Notes: a model not told the origin generated them from the sequence alone. A DNA stretch of 64,000 bases from an uncultured Hormoscilla sp. (GCA_963921275.4 OZ001293.3:6368001-6432000); one strand, 5' to 3'; counted from the stretch's first letter, positions 48,641 to 60,717 are shown. Made by a program: numbers and translations.

Positions 48641-49774
48641 CTACCTAGCCACAGCCAATTTTATACCCAGCTGTTCTAGCAATCGGTCAATATCAAAATG
48701 AGATGCCATCAGCTTTTGGATGCATTCTACCTTTACCGGTTCGTGCAGGCGCACTTTGCCAAAAGTCCTGTCAATTATTTCTACTGTACTCAGGGTATCT
48801 TTGTCAACCGACAGAATCGGCACCTCTAACTCTTCCGCCCGGTTGAGGATCATCTCCGAGGGTGGGATGAGACCTGTCAGCACCAGACATTGAGTAGAAG
48901 TCTCCAGGGCTGCTAGCTGAATATCCGTGCGATCGCCTCCTGTCACCACCGCCATATTTTCCCCTTTCGCGAAATATTTTAGCGCCGAGTTAACATTCAT
49001 CGCCCCGATTCTCAGGCTTTCGACCATCAAACCTAGCCTGTCTGAACAACAGAGTACCTTAGCCTCTAGCTGCTGCACCAGTTCAAAAACACTTACACTT
49101 TGGAGTAAATTGCTTCTGGGCAATCTGCCCAACACCGGTATCCCCTGAGCTTCCAAAAACGGTACAATGGTTTGTTGGACATTTCCGCGCTTTTCAGTAG
49201 TAATATCGTTAATCAACACTCCCACCAACCGATCGCCCAGGCGCTGTTTTGCCGACAACAGCCCATCCACCATCCCTTCTGAGTTAAATCTCGCCACCAG
49301 TAGCACCGCTGCCTCTACCACCGTCGCTATCTGTAGCAAAGACAAATCAAATAAACTACCCTCTGCTAACGTTCCTGGTCCTTCCAGCAACACCAGAGAG
49401 TCCGACGGCACTTGGGAGTAAATTTCAAGTAACCCTGACCTGCCTGTTACCGTTTGAACTTTACCCACAGATAGGCCAGTTTCAATCGACTGCTCATCCA
49501 CACACAGAATTGTTGGTAGCAGGCTCTCGGGTGGCAGTTCCAGAGTTGAGGCAATAAACTCAACATCTGCGTCCCCTACTTGGGCATTTTTGACATTTTT
49601 TGAGCCTATACTGTTTCCCAGAGGCTTCCCGTAAACTATGGGCAGTCCCTTCGAGCGCAACTGACTCGCCAGTCCCAGAACGGTAGCTGACTTACCAGTG
49701 TTAGCCTCCAGAGAGCCAACTAGGAGATATCTAGAGTACTTTGGCACCTTCTCCTCTCCGACAGAATTATTCAT
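48641..49774 (-). CDS. Phosphotransacetylase-family BioD-like/DRTGG domain protein
   Basis: TGKSATVLG, LEGPG, IGAMNV, VTGGDRTDIQLAALE. Confidence 0.9.
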   Translation of the reverse strand: MNNSVGEEKVPKYSRYLLVGSLEANTGKSATVLGLASQLRSKGLPIVYGKPLGNSIGSKNVKNAQVGDADVEFIASTLELPPESLLPTILCVDEQSIETGLSVGKVQTVTGRSGLLEIYSQVPSDSLVLLEGPGTLAEGSLFDLSLLQIATVVEAAVLLVARFNSEGMVDGLLSAKQRLGDRLVGVLINDITTEKRGNVQQTIVPFLEAQGIPVLGRLPRSNLLQSVSVFELVQQLEAKVLCCSDRLGLMVESLRIGAMNVNSALKYFAKGENMAVVTGGDRTDIQLAALETSTQCLVLTGLIPPSEMILNRAEELEVPILSVDKDTLSTVEIIDRTFGKVRLHEPVKVECIQKLMASHFDIDRLLEQLGIKLAVAR

Positions 49775-50144
49775 CCAAGCGTAGCAGCTTACGGTAAAAA
49801 GTTTGTGGAAAATCGGTCACCTGAGAACGCTTGTAGTTCATCATCACCTCAATCAGGAAATCGATAAACTCAAAATTTACCAGTGACACTTCGTAAGTCA
49901 GATCCGCATTGCCATCAAACTGGAGCTGGCAATGAGTCATATCTGCTGGTAGGGTAGAAACGAACCACGTTGCCAGGAACGGGATGCTTTCACCCCCTTC
50001 TATTTTACGCTCACCTTCCAAAGACGCATTTTGATAGAGGCCGATCGCTTTCGGTAACCATGCCCGCTTGTTCCCTTGGTAGTAAGGCAGATATACACCC
50101 ACGGTGCGGTTATCGCCTGGCTGGATCTTCTCTAGGTGGTCCAT
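49767..50144 (-). CDS. ebsA: Type IV pilus/secretion-associated protein EbsA
   Basis: VYLPYYQG.KR, EGERKIEGG, LQFDGNADLTYE, DFPQTFYRKLL. Confidence 0.85.
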   Translation of the reverse strand: MDHLEKIQPGDNRTVGVYLPYYQGNKRAWLPKAIGLYQNASLEGERKIEGGESIPFLATWFVSTLPADMTHCQLQFDGNADLTYEVSLVNFEFIDFLIEVMMNYKRSQVTDFPQTFYRKLLRLDE

Positions 50145-50344
50145 ACTCCCATCTTCTGTCAGTTGTTAGTGCTTAGTTGTCAGTCGAGCTGGCTAGGTTC
50201 TGGTACGTGGTCAGTTGTCTGTTGTCTTAGGCAGTACCCTATCACCAGTCCCGCACAGTCCCCGCAGACTATAATAGAGGGAATCGGTGCGATGCGGATG
50301 AAACAGAAAGCGTATTCGTCAATAATTCTAGTGTAAAAGTACCT

Positions 50345-51685
50345 ATGGTCGAGACATCGGTTGAATATCGGGGCTATTCAGGACGCAGACGCAAAGCAGC
50401 AGTGTTGTTGATCGTGATTTGGAGTGGGACGATCGCCCTGCATTTATTTTCTTGGGGTTTTTGGTTCGTGGTCGGGATGACTGCGATCATGTCAATTCAT
50501 GGGGTGCGGGTGTTGACTGCTCAAAGATTGCTGCTGCTAAAACCATTGTCGGATGAACCCCTCTGTGAATGGCCCTATGTATCTTTGCTGGTGGCAGCGA
50601 AAAATGAAGAAGCTGTCATTGGTAGGCTGGTGCAGATGCTTTGCAATCAGGACTATCCTAGCGAAAGATATGAAGTATGGGTGATAGACGATTATAGTAC
50701 AGACTCAACAGCACTGGTGTTGGAAAAGCTGCAGACAAAATATGACCAGCTGAAAGTGCTCCGCCGTGCAGCAAATGCTACTGGCGGGAAATCAGGGGCC
50801 TTAAATCAGGTATTGCCCCTGACAAAAGGGGAGGTATTGGCGGTCTTTGATGCTGATGCTCAGGTGACGCAGAATATGCTCAAACGGGTGTTGCCGATGT
50901 TTCAACGGTCCCAGGTGGGGGCAGTGCAGATGCGCAAGGCGATCGCTAATGAGGGGATCAACTTCTGGACCCGGGGACAAAGCTCGGAAATGGGCCTCGA
51001 TAGCTATTTCCAGCAGCAGCGGATTGCGTGCGGGGGCATTGGAGAACTGCGGGGTAACGGTCAGTTCGTCCGTCGGGAGGCAATGTATAGCTGTGGGGGC
51101 TGGAATGAGGAGACGATCACTGACGACCTGGATTTAACTATCCGCTTACATATGAACCAGTGGGATATTGAATTTATGCTCGAACCCGCTGTGCTTGAAG
51201 AAGGTGTTACCAGTGCTCTATCCCTTTGGCATCAGCGCAACCGCTGGAGCGAAGGGGGATATCAACGCTATCTGGACTACTGGCGGCTGATTTTTAGCAA
51301 CCGGATGGGGTGGCGCAAAACTTGGGATATGTTCATGTTCTGGATGATCCAGTATTTCTTACCCAATGCTGCTCTGCCAGACTGCTTGATGGCGATCGCT
51401 CGCAACCGACTGCCGGTGCTGAGTCCGATGACTGCTCTGATGCTGGGCATGTCATTGGTGGCCATGTTTACGGGTTTGCGGCGGATCTCTAAAGAGTCGG
51501 GAGAGTGCGCCAGTCTTTATACAATTTTCCTGACCTCACTCCAGACAATGGGCGGCACTTTATATATGCTGCACTGGTTGGTGATTGTCGCTAGTACCGC
51601 TGCCCGGATCTCAGTCAGACCTAAACGCCTGAAATGGGTAAAAACCATACATCAAGGCACCGGTGAAGAGAGTTTCGAGTTTTAA
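50345..51685 (+). CDS. mgdA: Monoglucosyldiacylglycerol synthase (GT2)
   Basis: GGKSGALN, FDAD, GELRGNGQ, TDDLD, QRNRWSEGGYQRY, RPKRLKWVKT. Confidence 0.88.
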   Translation: MVETSVEYRGYSGRRRKAAVLLIVIWSGTIALHLFSWGFWFVVGMTAIMSIHGVRVLTAQRLLLLKPLSDEPLCEWPYVSLLVAAKNEEAVIGRLVQMLCNQDYPSERYEVWVIDDYSTDSTALVLEKLQTKYDQLKVLRRAANATGGKSGALNQVLPLTKGEVLAVFDADAQVTQNMLKRVLPMFQRSQVGAVQMRKAIANEGINFWTRGQSSEMGLDSYFQQQRIACGGIGELRGNGQFVRREAMYSCGGWNEETITDDLDLTIRLHMNQWDIEFMLEPAVLEEGVTSALSLWHQRNRWSEGGYQRYLDYWRLIFSNRMGWRKTWDMFMFWMIQYFLPNAALPDCLMAIARNRLPVLSPMTALMLGMSLVAMFTGLRRISKESGECASLYTIFLTSLQTMGGTLYMLHWLVIVASTAARISVRPKRLKWVKTIHQGTGEESFEF

Positions 51686-52021
51686 GTTGCAGGGGCAGGG
51701 CCCGACGCTTTGCCCTGATTTTTTGTTTGTTGTTAACTGTTAGTTGTTAGTTGTTAAGAATAATTAATTAATGTGAGTTCAAGAAAAAAAGTTGTGCGAG
51801 TCAAGTCAGTCAGATGAGCGGTGCCTTGACCAACTATCTGATTTAATGTTGTCTAACTCCTATCAAGAGACAGAGGCGACCTATTGGAAAATTATGCTGG
51901 TGGATGATGACGATCGAGCAATAGTCCGGACCGTTTTGACTGTACGTAGCCTTCTGGCTTGCAGCGTAAGCCTTTGCTCAATAGAGGTGACGTCACTATC
52001 AGACGATCGGGGCGACTAATT

Positions 52022-52418
52022 ATGATTATCGCCCCGCAACATCAACGGAAACTTCAAATAGAATCATTCTTCAGGTAGAAATACAAAATGTTCCAACTGA
52101 GGCAATTGTAGATACAGGTGCTATGTTATTTGCCCACCAAGAGTTGCTAAAGAAGCTGGATTTGAAGGAGTTGAACCTCTAGAAATACTAACAATGCTAG
52201 TTAGAGGTATGCGTCTGGAAGGAGAAATTATTCGTATGGGTATAAAATTATTAGCCGTTCGGGGAGAAAACTTGACTGTTGACGCAACGGCTTTTGTTCC
52301 AGATGTCGAAGAATATTGGGGAGATTTTCCCGCTTTTTTGGGTTTGACTGGCTTCTTAGAACGAATTCGCTTTGCTGTAGACCCTAATACCGATACCTTC
52401 TACTTCGGTCAACTCTGA
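52022..52418 (+). pseudogene. Retropepsin-like aspartyl protease, frameshifted
   Basis: EAIVDTGA upstream, out of frame with ...FLGLTGFLERIRFAVDP. Confidence 0.6.
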
Positions 52419-52685
52419 AGCCATAGTTAGCACCCTCAGTCTGCTGTATGCTTCTTTTCTATCGATGTCCCCCCCATCTCAGAAGATTGCCAAAGTAGGA
52501 GGTAGAAGGTCGGAGGTTTCAACTAGATCGTCCTTTCGATGCCTACCGTTCCGGGAAAATTGGGATGCAAGGCAGGCAACCTACGATGCCTTCTAATTTT
52601 TCCGGTACGCAGGGCAAAAACCCGGAAGGCATCGCATGCGGGGGCGGCTCGTGGGGCATTGAGATTCCCCCCATTGTGGTAAACT

Positions 52686-55600
52686 TCAAGTAACCACAGT
52701 GAAATCATCGCTAGTAATCAGGGTCAAATCAATGCGCTGTAGGGTGACCAGGGTGTCCCTTTCAAAGTTAATCAAGGTATCTAGGCCCTGATAGACGTGA
52801 GCCAAATCTACCGTTCCGGAAAAATCGTCCAGCCCGATCGCGTTCAGCCCCGTCCGTATAATCTTCAAAGTCTATGATAGTACCCATCATGTCCGACTCC
52901 AGAACAAAAATATTGGCCTCTGATCCTTCGTAGAGACGATCGCTTCCATGGTTTCCGTAGACGCGATCGCTTCCATGGTTTCCGTAGACGCGATCTCTTC
53001 CTTCCCTGCCGATCAGAGTGTCCTCCTCCTCCTTCTCAAAGAGTGATAAAGTTAGGGGTTGGGGGTTGAGAGTTAGGGATTGACGAGTATTGCTGAAGTT
53101 AAGGTCGGTAGGAGAGGAGTTGACATTGTTGACATTAATAGTAAAAGCCTCCGAGTAACTAAGCCCACCAGCATCAGTAGTCTGGACGCGGATGCTGTAA
53201 CTGGACTGGGTCTCAAAGTCAGGGGAACTGTTAATTTGCAGTGAGTTCCCTTCTATGGTGAAGGCGTCGTTATCATCGGCATCAGCGCCTCCGACTAACT
53301 GGTAGGTAAAGGTATCGGAAGAGTCAGGATCGGTAGTTGAGAAAGTCCCTACGACTGCATTATCAGGGGAGTTAGAATCAATGCTGCTGCTGCTAATGAC
53401 TAGGTCGGTAGGAGACTCGCCGACATCGTTGATATTAATAGTCAAGACCTCCTCAAAACTATTACTAGCAGAGTCAGTAGTCTGGACGCGGAGGCTGTAA
53501 CTGGACTGAGTCTCAAAGTCCAAAGAACTGTTAGTTAGCAGTTGGTCCCCTACTATAGTAAAGGCATTGTTGCCCGATCCAAGCATGTAGGTAAAGCTAT
53601 CTCCCTCGTCGGGGTCAGTAGTAGACAAAGTCCCCACAACTGCACCCAATGGAGAGTTAGAATCAATGCTGCTGCTGCTAAGGACTAGGTCGGTAGGAGA
53701 CTCGCCGACATCGTTGACGCTAATAGTCAAGGCTTCTGAGTAACTGTTCCCAGTAGAGTCAGTAGTCTGGACGCCGATGCTGTAACTCGATTTTCTCTCA
53801 AAGTCAGGGGAACTGTTAATTTGCAGTGAGTTCCCTTCTATGGTGAAGGCGTCGTTATCATCGGCACTAGCGCCTCCGACTAATTGGTAGGTAAAGGTAT
53901 CGGAAGAGTCAGGATCGGTAGTTGAGAAAGTCCCTACGACTGCATTATCAGGGGAGTTAGAATCAATGCTGCTGCTGCTAAGGACTAGGTCGGTAGGAGA
54001 CTCGCCGACATCGTTGACATTAATAGTCAAGACCTCCTCAAAACTATTACTAGCAGAGTCAGTAGTCTGGACGCGGAGGCTGTAACTGGACTGAGTCTCA
54101 AAGTCCAAAGAACTGTTAGTTAGCAGTTGGTCCCCTACTATAGTAAAGGCATTGTTGCCCGATCCAAGCATGTAGGTAAAGCTATCTCCCTCGTCGGGGT
54201 CAGTAGTAGACAAAGTCCCCACAACTGCACCCAATGGAGAGTTAGAATCAATGCTGCTGCTGCTAAGGACTAGGTCGGTAGGAGACTCGCCGACATCGTT
54301 GACGCTAATAGTCAAGGCTTCTGAGTAACTGTTCCCAGTAGAGTTAGTAGTCTGGACGCCGATGCTGTAACTCGATTTTCTCTCAAAGTCAGGGGAACTG
54401 TTAATTTGCAGTGAGTTCCCTTCTATGGTGAAGGCGTCGTTATTATCGGCACTAGCGCCTCCGACTAACTGGTAGGTAAAGGTATCGGAAGAGTCAGGAT
54501 CGGTAGTTGAGAAAGTCCCTACGACTGCATTATCAGGGGAGTTAGAATCAATGCTGCTGCTGCTAAGGACTAGGTCGGTAGGAGAGGAGTTGACATTGTT
54601 GACATTAATAGTAAAAGCCTCCGAGTAACTAAGTTCACCAGCATCAGTAGTCTGGACGCGGATGCTGTAACTGGACTGAGTCTCAAAGTCCAAAGAACTG
54701 TTAGTTAGCAGTTGGTCCCCTACTATAGTAAAGGCATTGTTGCCGGAGACAAGCATGTAGGTAAAGCTATCTCCCTCGTTGGGGTCGGTAGTAGAGAAAG
54801 TCCCTACGACTGCACCCAATGGAGAGTTAGAATCAATGCTGCTGTTGCTGAGTTCTAGATCGGTAGGAGGGGAGTTCTCTATAACAATGTCAAAGGTATC
54901 TGTCACTTCAGATTTCGCTCTGTCGATGGCGGTTACCGTCACGGTAAAGGTGTCTGCGGTAGTAGGGATACCGCTGATAACTCTCTGAGAGTTGATCGTT
55001 ACGCCCCCTGGTAAACCGGTAGCTGTGTAATTGTCGATGTTGTTATTGATGTCGCCGAAATTTGCGCTAATGTCTATGTTGAGGTTATTACCTAGCAAGA
55101 GTTGGACGTCGGGAATCTCGGTTAAAACATAAGGGGAGTTTTCCAATCGCTTTGAGGCACTCAAATCTAGAACCTCTTGGGGGATGCTGCCAGTCAGTTG
55201 GTTGGAGTCCAGCTGGAGAAACTCCAAATTGGAAAGATTCCCTAACTCCGTCGGGATGCTGCCAGTCAGTCGGTTGTCGGACAGCAAGAGAAACTCCAAA
55301 TTGGAAAGATTCCCTAACTCCGTCGGGATGCTGCCAGTCAGTCGGTTTCTGTCCAGCTGGAGATCCTTCAAATTGGAAAGATTCCCTAACTCCGTCGGGA
55401 TGCTGCCAGTCAGTTGGTTGGAGTTCAGCTGGAGAAGTTGCAAATTAGAAAGATTCCCTAACTCCGTCGGGATGTTGCCAGTCAGTTGGTTGCCGTTCAG
55501 GAAGAGCAAAGTCACCCTGCTGTTAGCTGCTACCCTCACCCCATGCCAATCATTAACAACAAAAGCATCGGGGGGAGTTAGGCTGTCGAAATTCCAGCTA

Positions 55601-57058
55601 GCCCAGCCTGTATTGTTACTCCAAGAAGCCCCATTGGTGCTTTGATAGAGAGCCCTTAAGGCATGATACTCCTGCTGGGGGATCAATATGCCCCCATAGG
55701 CCATCTGAGCTTCTGCGGACAATGCTAAGGGAGTTTTCATCCCCGGAGTTCGCCACTCCAACTTCCAATTTCCGCCCCGGGCTGCTGCCCCTGTCCGGGT
55801 AGTAGAGGCGGCGAGGGATGCCCCGGTCAGGGCCTGTAGCTTAGTCATCAACTCCTCTCCTGCATCTCCGGCGGCGACGTTACAGCCGTAGAGTAGGAGT
55901 TGTTTTACTTTCCACTTCTGCAGGGTAGAGGCGTAATCTCCTAGAGGATCTGTGCGATTCGTTCTAGCCTAACGTGGTCAAACACGGAACGCTAGCCCGG
56001 TTTCATTAGCCGGGAACTCTGACCGCATGGGGGTTAAATTCCCCTCCCCCCAGGTACGGGGGTGACACCGGTCCTCGGTGCTACGAAGCGACATCATCGT
56101 GGTGCTAAGCGAGGACTCAAATGTAGGATAACTGGCAGCCTAAGCCGGTGACGCCGCTAGGAAAGATATCCAAGGTTAGAGCAGGCAAACATGTGCAAGC
56201 CTCGTTATAAGGAACCAGCGAAATAAGGCTATATGCGCTGGCCTAAAAAGGAAATGGTAGCTAGTATTAGTTTTAGACTCTGGCTAATATAGTACTCAAA
56301 TAGCTCCCGGGGTATAGTGTGGACCTAAAGGTATCGCGAAATGTTGTTAGGGAACGAAGTAACCTCTCGTGTGCTGTCCATCAGGACAAGTTAGATGTTA
56401 AGCGCAAGCCACGGGGGGAGGGATGGCCCAAGAAGCGAATGCCCGGGGTAATTCCTGGGATAACATCTACAGTAATGTAGATGATGCTGGGTAGCCAGCG
56501 CTGACGTGGGTCGGTGATACTAGGAAGCTGCTGGAATGAGTAATCCTAAAAAGCCACGGAACTAATCCGAAACGCAAGTGGAGGATAAGGTATGGATAAC
56601 TGGTAAAACTGACTTGAAAATGGTGATACTAACGGTTATCAGAACAACCACTCGCTAAACCAGGAAAGGGAAGAAAAGACAGGCGGCAAGGGCTAACGGA
56701 AGTAATTCCTATTAAGTCTACCTATGAAAAGGGCCTAGTACCCAGTAGCCGGATGCGGTGAAAATCGCAAGTCCGGTTCCTCAAGGGAGGGTCGGGAAGC
56801 GATTCCCGGCTCGACCCCATCCAAACTCAGTTGGGAGTTTCCCAGATACAGACAGTCAGGGCTGCCGTGGGAGAGTAGGTGCAGAACTTCTGTTTCTTTA
56901 TGCTGTTGGAGAAGTTCGCCGATCTGTTTGATGCCATCGGACCGAAGGTCTAAGAGGAAAGATTTGGCCCCAGGCCGGATGCCGTCTATAAGCTGCTGGT
57001 AGTTTTCTAGGGAGGCATCCACTACTACGATGGTGTTGGTAAAAGATTTATGCTTCAT
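52686..57058 (-). pseudogene. Large secreted DUF4347-LRR-Ig-cadherin-repeat protein with RTX-like tail; interrupted by antisense intron C4 and frameshifted near 52850
   Basis: DUF4347 split at LSLD, LRRs, He_PIG-like GLPGGVTI, six cadherin-like repeats (DFETQSSYSIRV), GxxGxD repeats; probable true C-terminus ...ITSDDFTVVT in 52686-52868. Confidence 0.88.
55952..56822 (+). mobile_element. ORF-less group II intron, family C copy 4 (871 nt)
   Basis: GTGCG start; domain V AGCCGGATGCGGTGAAAATCGCAAGTCCGGTT; the empty site is visible in the paralog at ~21431 (TATCT|AAACTC). Confidence 0.93.
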
Positions 57059-57690
57059 TTTTTGGTTGCTGAATTGATTTTGAGGTGCTGGTGTAATACT
57101 AGCCTGACTATCGTCATATTTTCGACTTACGCCGGAACGAGTGGCACGTTTGTTTATTATAACTCAAGTGTTGGTTACCGGCGACATTGGTAACATTTCC
57201 TGCTTTAACTACAGTCATTAAAACATATTTTACGGAAATTATCAAATTTATTTGCTACTATACCGTCGGAGTTGGGTGTCTTTCAATTTAACCCATATTT
57301 CGCAACCTCATATCCCAGCAGGTTTCCTCCGACGCTGGCTTTCTTCGTCTACGATTCGTATACGAAATGAATCACTTGCTGTTGCTGAAAAGCGGTCTTT
57401 TATATCTACCGGCCCCATTTGTTTCACGCTTCCCATACATAGAGTCCCCCGACTGAGTCAGGCACTTCCCCGACTGAGTGCGGCACTTTACCTCAGTAGT
57501 CAGGCACTTCCCCGTGCTTCTTTTCTATCGATGTCCTCCCCATCGCAGAAGATTACCAAAGTAGGAGGTAGAGGGTCGGAGCTTTCAACTAGATCGTCCT
57601 TTCGATGCCTACCTACCGCGCCCTCCTCCCGCACGGCGAAAACCCGGAAGGCATCGCTCAGGCCTCGCGGTTCCCCCAATCGTGGTAAAC

Positions 57691-58320
57691 TTCAATTAAC
57701 CACAGTGAAATCATCGACATTAATCAGGGTCTCATCAATCCCCTGCAGGGTAGCCAGGGTTTCCCCTTCAAAGTTAATCCAGGTATCGAGGCCCTGAGAA
57801 CCTCCTGCTAGCGCATTCGCATCCGTATAATCTTCAAAGTCTATGATAGTACCCATCATGTCCGACTCCAGAACAAAAATATTGGCCTCTGATCCTTCGT
57901 AGAGACGATCGCTTCCATGGTTTCCGTAGAAGCGATCGCTTCCCTCCCCGCCGATCAGAGTGTCCTCCTCCTCCTTCTCAAAGAGTGATAAAGTTAGGGG
58001 TTGTGGTTGAAAGTTAGGGGTTGACGAGTATTGCTGAAGTTAAAGTCAGTAGGAGACTCGGCAACATTGTTCACATTAATAATCAAAGCCTCCGAGTAAC
58101 TGGCCCCAGTAACGTCAATAGTCTGAACGCGGACGCTGTAACTCGATCTCATCTCCAAAGCCGGAGAACTATTAATTAGCAATTGGTCCCCTACTATAGT
58201 GAAAGCAGCGTTATCATCGTCACCAAAACCCGAGATTAACCCGTAGGTAAAAGTATTTCCCCCGTCCGGATCGCTAGTTCCGAAAGTCCCCACGATCGCA
58301 CCCACACGGGAATTAGAATT
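57691..58320 (-). pseudogene. 3' remnant of a third cadherin-repeat paralog
   Basis: One cadherin repeat plus a tail and downstream DNA similar to 52440-53110. Confidence 0.8.
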
Positions 58321-58480
58321 AATGGTGGTGAAAGTCCACCCCGACTCTGCTCTCGTGACAGCACCTACCCCATGGTAGCGATGGCATCAATACGTGAAGC
58401 GGGTAAAAAAGGCGCCATGACTGGTAGCCTAGACCGGTTATCGCTAAGGCGGATAACCACTCGACCAATAAGCACCGACC
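58321..58480 (+). mobile_element. Internally deleted remnant of a B-like group II intron domain I
   Basis: Similar to 38625-38748 (GGTAGCGATGGCATCAAT..GTGAAGCGGG..AGCCTAGACCGG) joined to CGACCAATAAGCAC (39709-39722). Confidence 0.75.
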
Positions 58481-58579
58481 TCTCCCTGCTCCCTTTGTGG
58501 TCCGTGGATCGACTAGCATGGTTAGAAGCCGGCTGTCAATGGCTTCTGAAATCACGATCAGATCCTAATGACTCTAGCG

Positions 58580-58745
58580 CCCTTTAAACTGCCAGGAATA
58601 CCTGCGACCGGTCCCCGAGTTTCTGTTGGCGGAACAGTTGCATGGTAGGATACCACGGACTGTCAGCACGATGCAACATCCAGCGGGCAGGTTTAGGGGA
58701 CAAAGGGCAACATTACCTAGGGCTTCTGCCAGATGGGCCATTATC
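58580..58745 (-). pseudogene. C-terminal fragment of a TPR/GT9-like protein
   Basis: AHLAEALG, then frameshifted WMLHRADSPWYPTMQLFRQQKLGDW. Confidence 0.6.
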
Positions 58746-58863
58746 TCCATTGGAATGAAATACCTGTTCTTTACCATTCCATATCTTGATTCAGCAACGC
58801 CTATCCGTCAATTGTTAATTGGAAATCCCAAACTAGGCAACGCCATTTTGCTAAGCTATAGAT

Positions 58864-59370
58864 ATGCTAACCTATTCTGCGGCGAGAAAGATGACAGGAG
58901 TTTGCAAACTAGAGATTACCGAGACGACTGAAGAGCTGAAAAGCTTGTTACAAAAGCAAAAATACGTTAGTAACTTTCAAAAACTGCAGGCGCTGTATTT
59001 GTTCAAAATCGATCAGGTGAAGACAGTCAAGGATCTGGCTATAACCTTAGGTAGAAACCGGATCACAGTGCAGCGCTGGTTGCACACCTACCGCACTGAG
59101 GGACTTGCAGGACTGCTGAAGGTAAAGCACAGCGGCGGTCGCAAACCGATGATTCCTGGAGCGGCAATGGCGGGATTGCAAAAGCGACTGCAAGACCCTA
59201 ATAGCTTTTTTAGCAGCTATGGCGAAATCCAAACTTGGTTGCAGTCCGAGTATGGCCTAGATGTCTCCTATAAGGTCGTTTATGCTACAGTTCGATATAA
59301 ACTCAAAGCGGGATTGAAAGTTCATCGGCCAAAACTAGACCAAAGACTAAAACCCGACAGCAAGCAGTAA
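58864..59370 (+). CDS. IS630-type helix-turn-helix protein lacking the DDE domain
   Basis: LQALYL, LGRNRITVQRWL..YRTEGL, FSSYGEIQTWL, VRYKLKA; no catalytic ORF follows. Confidence 0.75.
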   Translation: MLTYSAARKMTGVCKLEITETTEELKSLLQKQKYVSNFQKLQALYLFKIDQVKTVKDLAITLGRNRITVQRWLHTYRTEGLAGLLKVKHSGGRKPMIPGAAMAGLQKRLQDPNSFFSSYGEIQTWLQSEYGLDVSYKVVYATVRYKLKAGLKVHRPKLDQRLKPDSKQ

Positions 59371-60142
59371 GATAGACATTACCCACTTGACCGCAGATAA
59401 TTTTTAAACACCGATCAAACTATGACTGACGAGCAAGATGTATTAGCCGTTAACCAGGCTTTCTATCACGCTGAACCCCCGACTAAATGTCGTAGGATTG
59501 CAATAGGGCTTCAATCTCATTCCCATCACGAGTCTTATCACTGCCCAGCAGACCGTTAACTAAAGCGTTGTTTCTAACCCGCTTGAAACCGACTAGAAAA
59601 ATTGTAGCATTGGGGGGACGGCAATCTGCATAATCGAGCGATCGGGATTTATTCTACCCCTACGCTGCGCGAAAAATCGCGCGACGCCAGAAACCCGGTA
59701 AGAGAGCCTGCGCGCAGCGCATGCAGTTACCGGGTTTCCTATATCCCCCGCAATGCCTCATTTCTCTATCGCGAATCAAGACAAGCAATGTCTAATCAGA
59801 GATGAGGCGATCTGTCTACATTTCCGATCGTCCAAAGTTTATTAACCCCAGAACTATACGTAATCTTTTATCGGTAATGGAAACGTATTTTTTTCGATGA
59901 TCTAATACTTTTTCACAATTTATCAAATTACGCTGCCGTAGTGTTTCAAACTCTTTTGTGGGTATGCAATTTTTACTTGTATACGTAGCGGCATTCCTCA
60001 GCCTATAGAATAAGTAAAAAAATTATGTGTTTAACTTCCATCATTCTTTTGGTTACTTTTGGTTATACTACAGGGGTATTCTACCGAGGGGTATCCAAAA
60101 CCGGATACCCCCAAAATTCCTATTTTATCCTTGTTCCATCTT

Positions 60143-60328
60143 TCATTCTTCCTTTTGCATCCTTTTGATATTTTCTAATGCCCTTTCTATTCCTTCAACA
60201 TGACGTTTAAACTCTGGGTTCCCAGCGATAATCAGCTGGTCAATTACAGTCCATACTGCCGCAATTATGCTAAGTGTTAAGACTGCTAGCATAATCGCAA
60301 TGTACACGTATTTGGTCATTTTTGACAT
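60143..60328 (-). CDS. Small hypothetical membrane protein
   Basis: 61-aa ORF with an AGGAG RBS and one hydrophobic segment. Confidence 0.45.
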   Translation of the reverse strand: MSKMTKYVYIAIMLAVLTLSIIAAVWTVIDQLIIAGNPEFKRHVEGIERALENIKRMQKEE

Positions 60329-60478
60329 TTTTTTCTCCTTTTCTCTTTATTTGCGCCGGTTAGATCAGGTTCTTAGGAGAAGTGCTGAACTTCTAATGAT
60401 ATCCTACATTAAATTTTTACTGTTTCCGCAAAAATCATATAAAGTTTTGTAACAATAATCTGTAAGAGGATAAAACCC

Positions 60479-60717
60479 ATGAGAGAAGTGCAATGTAATG
60501 TCGGCGGCAGCAAGCATTATGAGGAAGGCAGAGTAGAATACCTTTTCTTCTATCAAGGTGAGTATTTGCTAGTTCCTAATACCTCAGTTGAAGCTTGTGT
60601 AGATTGCGGTATAGTTGACTATGATGCAGCGGTGATGAAATAGATTTTATTCGCTATTCACCAGCAAACCGAAGCACCCGATCGCTATATCCAAATTCCT
60701 ACCAAGGTTTACACATA
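60479..60717 (+). pseudogene. YgiT/MqsA-type zinc-finger protein with an internal stop
   Basis: MREVQCNV...LLVPNTSVEACVDCG...AAVMK*. Confidence 0.6.

Noticed and set aside
56735..56822. C-terminal GVEPGIASRPSLEEPDL... of the 107-aa ORF as protein sequence
   Set aside because: Read-through into antisense intron C4; the GWGRAGNRFPTLP tail of the RT ORF is the same kind of artefact
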